From: Bacillus subtilis subsp. subtilis str. 168
GTDB lineage: Bacteria; Bacillota; Bacilli; Bacillales; Bacillaceae
Direction: 5' to 3'
NCBI RefSeq assembly: GCF_000009045.1
Contig: NC_000964.3
Span: 2,460,001 to 2,492,000, forward strand
Length of the DNA stretch: 32,000 nt
The notes under the pieces are model-generated. The model searched no databases. It was not told where the DNA came from and was given only the letters and a program-made list of their open reading frames with translations. The translations under genes and the position numbers were made by a program. This document shows, piece after piece, positions 28,935 through 32,000 of the stretch (position 1 is the first letter of the stretch; the number at the start of each line of letters is the position of its first letter).

Positions 28935-28983
28935 GATAAAAAAGCAGGCGCCTTATTCAATGGGAATATCCTGCTTTTTTATC
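28935..28983. terminator. Bidirectional intrinsic terminator, overlapping the 3' end of yqjB
   Basis: GATAAAAAAGCAGG ... CCTGCTTTTTTATC, 14-bp perfect arms. Confidence 0.9.
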
Positions 28984-29483
28984 AGAGCTTTATGCTCGAT
29001 GGCAATCTCCTCAAAAGAGCGGTTGTCGTCCGTGATCAGCACTCTCGTTCCTACTGGTATCGTTTGAAACAAATGAACAACCTCATCGTTATGCATACGT
29101 ATACAGCCGTTAGACACAAATTTTCCTACTGATTCCTCTCGGTTTGTCCCATGAATTCCATAAATCCGCCCGTCCGTTCCTTTCGCGTCAAATCCGATCC
29201 ATCTTGCCCCAAGCGGGTTATCAGGAGATCCCCCTTCAATATTTTTCTTTCTGTAGTAAGGATTTTCCGCTTTTACCGTTACCGAAAACTCTCCTTCAGG
29301 CGTCAAATCATCTGTTTTTCCAGTCGCCACACTATACACGCCTTCTACTTTGTTGTCGAGGATAACAGCAAGTTCATTTGTTCGCTTGTTGACAATAACA
29401 TACGGATCACCCGGCAGCGGATTTTCGCCGAGCGGCCAAATCGGTGAAATCATCATGAAAATCGAACATAAGAAAAAACGCAT
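28953..29483 (-). CDS. yqjB: YkuD-type L,D-transpeptidase-like secreted protein
   Basis: Start at MRFFLCSIFMMISP after AAAGGAGGAG; signal-like N-terminus; catalytic motif IHGTNREESVGKFVSNGCIRMHNDEV. Confidence 0.88.
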   Translation of the reverse strand: MRFFLCSIFMMISPIWPLGENPLPGDPYVIVNKRTNELAVILDNKVEGVYSVATGKTDDLTPEGEFSVTVKAENPYYRKKNIEGGSPDNPLGARWIGFDAKGTDGRIYGIHGTNREESVGKFVSNGCIRMHNDEVVHLFQTIPVGTRVLITDDNRSFEEIAIEHKALIKKQDIPIE

Positions 29484-29534
29484 AAGCTCCTCCTTTTTCA
29501 TTAGGTTGACCAATGAAGGAAGAGCTCATGCGAA

Positions 29535-30503
29535 TCATCCGAGTGATTTTTGCGCTTTTATTCCTTTAAAATAACTTTTAATCACTAAATATTGTTCCAT
29601 TTCGCCGAGAAGATGGAAGAGAGCGGCCCTCGCTTCAAATTCCTCTCTAGTCGCAGGAAGCGGCATCTCCTCAAATTCTTTTCTCATGTCAGCAAGTCTT
29701 TTCAGAAATTTGTATGCTGTATTCCCAGGGTGTATCGCCTCCCGCAAATCATGAATAAATTCAGCGATCATTTTTCCCTGATCTACCGTGATGGAGATCG
29801 ATGTCACTTTAGGGAGAAGGCGTTCGATAATTTCAAATTGCTTTTCTCTCATTTTAAAATAATGATAATGCAGATTTTCATAACGCAAAATGTGGTTTTG
29901 CACATCTCGATATGCCAGGTTTTTAGCCTCCGTAATGAGCTGGTGCGTTTCCGGAATTTCTTTTCCTGACCAATCTTGCTCACCAGTTAACAAATACCGT
30001 TCGATTTCTGCAAAAATGACAGCAAAGTTATCCTCTATCTTTTTGCGGTAGGCAATCAGTTTCCGGTCAAGACTAGGCATATACAAGTTCATCAATAGAG
30101 CGACGCCGATGCCAACCGTAATCAGCTGAACTTCATTCCAGATGAAAGTAGGCGTAATGCCGCCGGACATGTATAAATGAAGGATAATAACAGAACTGGT
30201 GACGATACCCTCGTTAATTTTTAACAGAACCGTTATCGGAATGAATATCAAAAGAAGCGCTCCGATCACAAACGGGTGGTAGCCAATAAGCTCGAAAAAG
30301 AGATAAGAAAAAGCAATTGCCAGACAGCATGCCGAAAAGCGGGCCCATGAGGCCTGAAGCGACCGTTTTTGTGTGATTTGTATGCACAAAATGGTGATGA
30401 TTCCTGCTGATGCGAAGTTTTGCAAATGCAATAACTGGCTTATATAAATAGCCAAAGCTGTTCCAAGCGCGGTCTTTATTGTGCGGTAACCAATTTTAAA
30501 CAT
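29535..30503 (-). CDS. yqjA: FUSC/aromatic-acid-exporter-like membrane protein
   Basis: 322 aa from MFKIGYRTIKTALGTALAIYISQ; four to five N-terminal TM segments and a soluble C-terminal domain. Confidence 0.87.
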   Translation of the reverse strand: MFKIGYRTIKTALGTALAIYISQLLHLQNFASAGIITILCIQITQKRSLQASWARFSACCLAIAFSYLFFELIGYHPFVIGALLLIFIPITVLLKINEGIVTSSVIILHLYMSGGITPTFIWNEVQLITVGIGVALLMNLYMPSLDRKLIAYRKKIEDNFAVIFAEIERYLLTGEQDWSGKEIPETHQLITEAKNLAYRDVQNHILRYENLHYHYFKMREKQFEIIERLLPKVTSISITVDQGKMIAEFIHDLREAIHPGNTAYKFLKRLADMRKEFEEMPLPATREEFEARAALFHLLGEMEQYLVIKSYFKGIKAQKSLG

Positions 30504-30534
30504 GTCGGACTCCATTTCTATTTGTTTCTTCAAT

Positions 30535-30570
30535 AAAAAAGAAGAGGCGGCCAGCCTTCTTCTTTTTTAT
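30535..30570 (-). terminator. Intrinsic terminator after artR
   Basis: AAAAAAGAAGA ... TCTTCTTTTTT; on - strand this follows the artR stop at 30574. Confidence 0.75.
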
Positions 30571-30573
30571 ATT

Positions 30574-31296
30574 CTATAATATTTTCTCTAAAAAGTCCTG
30601 CGCTCTTTTGGATTTTGGCGACATAAAAAATTCCTTCGGATTGCCGTCTTCGACAATCATTCCTTGGTCCATAAACAGCACACGGTCTGCCACTTCTTTT
30701 GCGAAGCCCATTTCATGTGTGACAATCACCATGGTCATGCCGGTTTCGACCAGCTCTTTCATCACCTGTAGCACTTCTTTGACCATCTCTGGATCAAGGG
30801 CGGAGGTCGGCTCGTCAAACAGCATGATGTCCGGATTCATCGCAAGAGCCCTGGCAATCGCGACACGCTGTTTTTGTCCGCCAGACAAACGGTTTGGATA
30901 GTCATTTCGCTTTTCAAACAAACCGACTTTGCGGAGCAGGTCCTCAGCTTTCTCCTGTGCAGCCTGTTTTGATTCTTTTTTTACATTGACAGGCGCGTAC
31001 ATGATGTTTTCGAGAACCGTTTTGTGCGGAAAGAGATGAAAATGCTGAAAAACCATCCCGATGTTTTCCCGGACCTTTAATGTGTTGGTTTTCGGCTTCG
31101 TAATCTCTGTGTCTTTTATTGTAATGGTTCCGCCGTTAGGCTTTTCCAACAGGTTTAAACAGCGTAAGAACGTTGATTTGCCTGAGCCTGAAGGACCGAT
31201 CACGGCAACAACCTCACCCTCAGCGATTGTTGTTGAAATGTTTTTTAATACTTCGTGTTTCCCAAATGATTTTGACAGCTTTTCAACCTTAATCAT
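30574..31296 (-). CDS. artR: Amino-acid (arginine) ABC transporter ATP-binding protein
   Basis: 240 aa; Walker [41 protein letters not shown]. Confidence 0.94.
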   Translation of the reverse strand: MIKVEKLSKSFGKHEVLKNISTTIAEGEVVAVIGPSGSGKSTFLRCLNLLEKPNGGTITIKDTEITKPKTNTLKVRENIGMVFQHFHLFPHKTVLENIMYAPVNVKKESKQAAQEKAEDLLRKVGLFEKRNDYPNRLSGGQKQRVAIARALAMNPDIMLFDEPTSALDPEMVKEVLQVMKELVETGMTMVIVTHEMGFAKEVADRVLFMDQGMIVEDGNPKEFFMSPKSKRAQDFLEKIL

Positions 31297-31948
31297 TGGA
31301 TTTCAGCTTCCTTTCTACAGCCTTGCCGATAAACGTTAAAATCAGGACAAGCACATAATAAATCAATCCCGCGATAATGAGCGGCTCAAGGTAATTGTAA
31401 GTGGCGGCGCCAGCTTGATATGCGCGTCTCATGACATCACCAAGCCCGATGACGGTGACGATCGCCGATTCTTTTGTTAACGTAATTAATTCATTCACAA
31501 TTGCAGGTGATATATTTTTGAAGGCCTGCGGCAGCAGCAGATCCTTCATCATTTTTCCATACGGGACACCGAGTGCAACAGCAGCTTCTTTTTGCCCTTT
31601 ATCAATGGCATTGATTCCGGCTCTGATAATTTCCGATACATAAGCGGCGGAATTCAAAGACAATGCGACAACCGCAGCCCAAAACTGGTCAATTTGAAAT
31701 CCGAGCAGCTGAGGAAGGCCAAAATAGACAATCATAAGCTGCAGCACTAAAGGCGTGCCTCGGAACACTGATGTATAAAAATCAGCGATCCAGATAAACG
31801 GGCGGAATGTGCTGATCTTGCATAAGCTTAGCACAATACCGAGTATAAGTCCGATAATAGCAGATACAACAACAATTTTTAATGTAATTGCCAAGCCTTC
31901 TAATATAAAAGGAATTTGGGGGATCGTTGCTGAAAAATCCAAATTCAT
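31289..31948 (-). CDS. artQ: Amino-acid (arginine) ABC transporter permease
   Basis: 219 aa; [30 protein letters not shown] permease motif. Stop overlaps the artR start. Confidence 0.93.
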   Translation of the reverse strand: MNLDFSATIPQIPFILEGLAITLKIVVVSAIIGLILGIVLSLCKISTFRPFIWIADFYTSVFRGTPLVLQLMIVYFGLPQLLGFQIDQFWAAVVALSLNSAAYVSEIIRAGINAIDKGQKEAAVALGVPYGKMMKDLLLPQAFKNISPAIVNELITLTKESAIVTVIGLGDVMRRAYQAGAATYNYLEPLIIAGLIYYVLVLILTFIGKAVERKLKSND

Positions 31949-32000
31949 AGCCTTTGTCTCCTTTTCTTACAGGAAAAAAGTTTCCTATTCAATAAAAAGG

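Noticed and set aside
1-32000. CRISPR arrays, phage genes or insertion sequences
   Set aside because: No regularly spaced repeats, terminal inverted repeats with a transposase, or phage structural genes were seen when reading the window.

Overview
The window reads as Bacillus subtilis-type chromosomal backbone, closely matching the yqkF to artQ region of strain 168 as I recall it. This identification is from protein-level recognition; no database search was run. It carries about 28 protein-coding genes. On the left is a LexA-type SOS locus (polYB with yqjX, yqjY, yqjZ, yqkA, and divergent yqzH). Central genes are coaA, dsdA, proI, namA, rnz, zwf and gndA, followed by polYA, mifM-yidC2, a mmdA/epimerase-like pair, yqjA/yqjB and the artQR ABC transporter. 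I see no CRISPR array, rRNA, tRNA, transposon, prophage or obvious novel multi-gene defence system. The most interesting signals are small or regulatory. They are (1) the mifM arrest-peptide leader with a hairpin burying the yidC2 Shine-Dalgarno; (2) a frameshifted zinc-independent L33 gene (rpmGC) behind a perfect Zur-like palindrome, absent from the ORF track; (3) a proline-specific T-box before proI; (4) a 30-aa single-TM miniprotein ORF (candidate prli42), also absent from the ORF track; (5) paired LexA-like operators between polYB and yqzH; (6) a possible decayed coding fragment upstream of yqjV; and (7) an acetyltransferase-GrpB domain fusion (yqkA).
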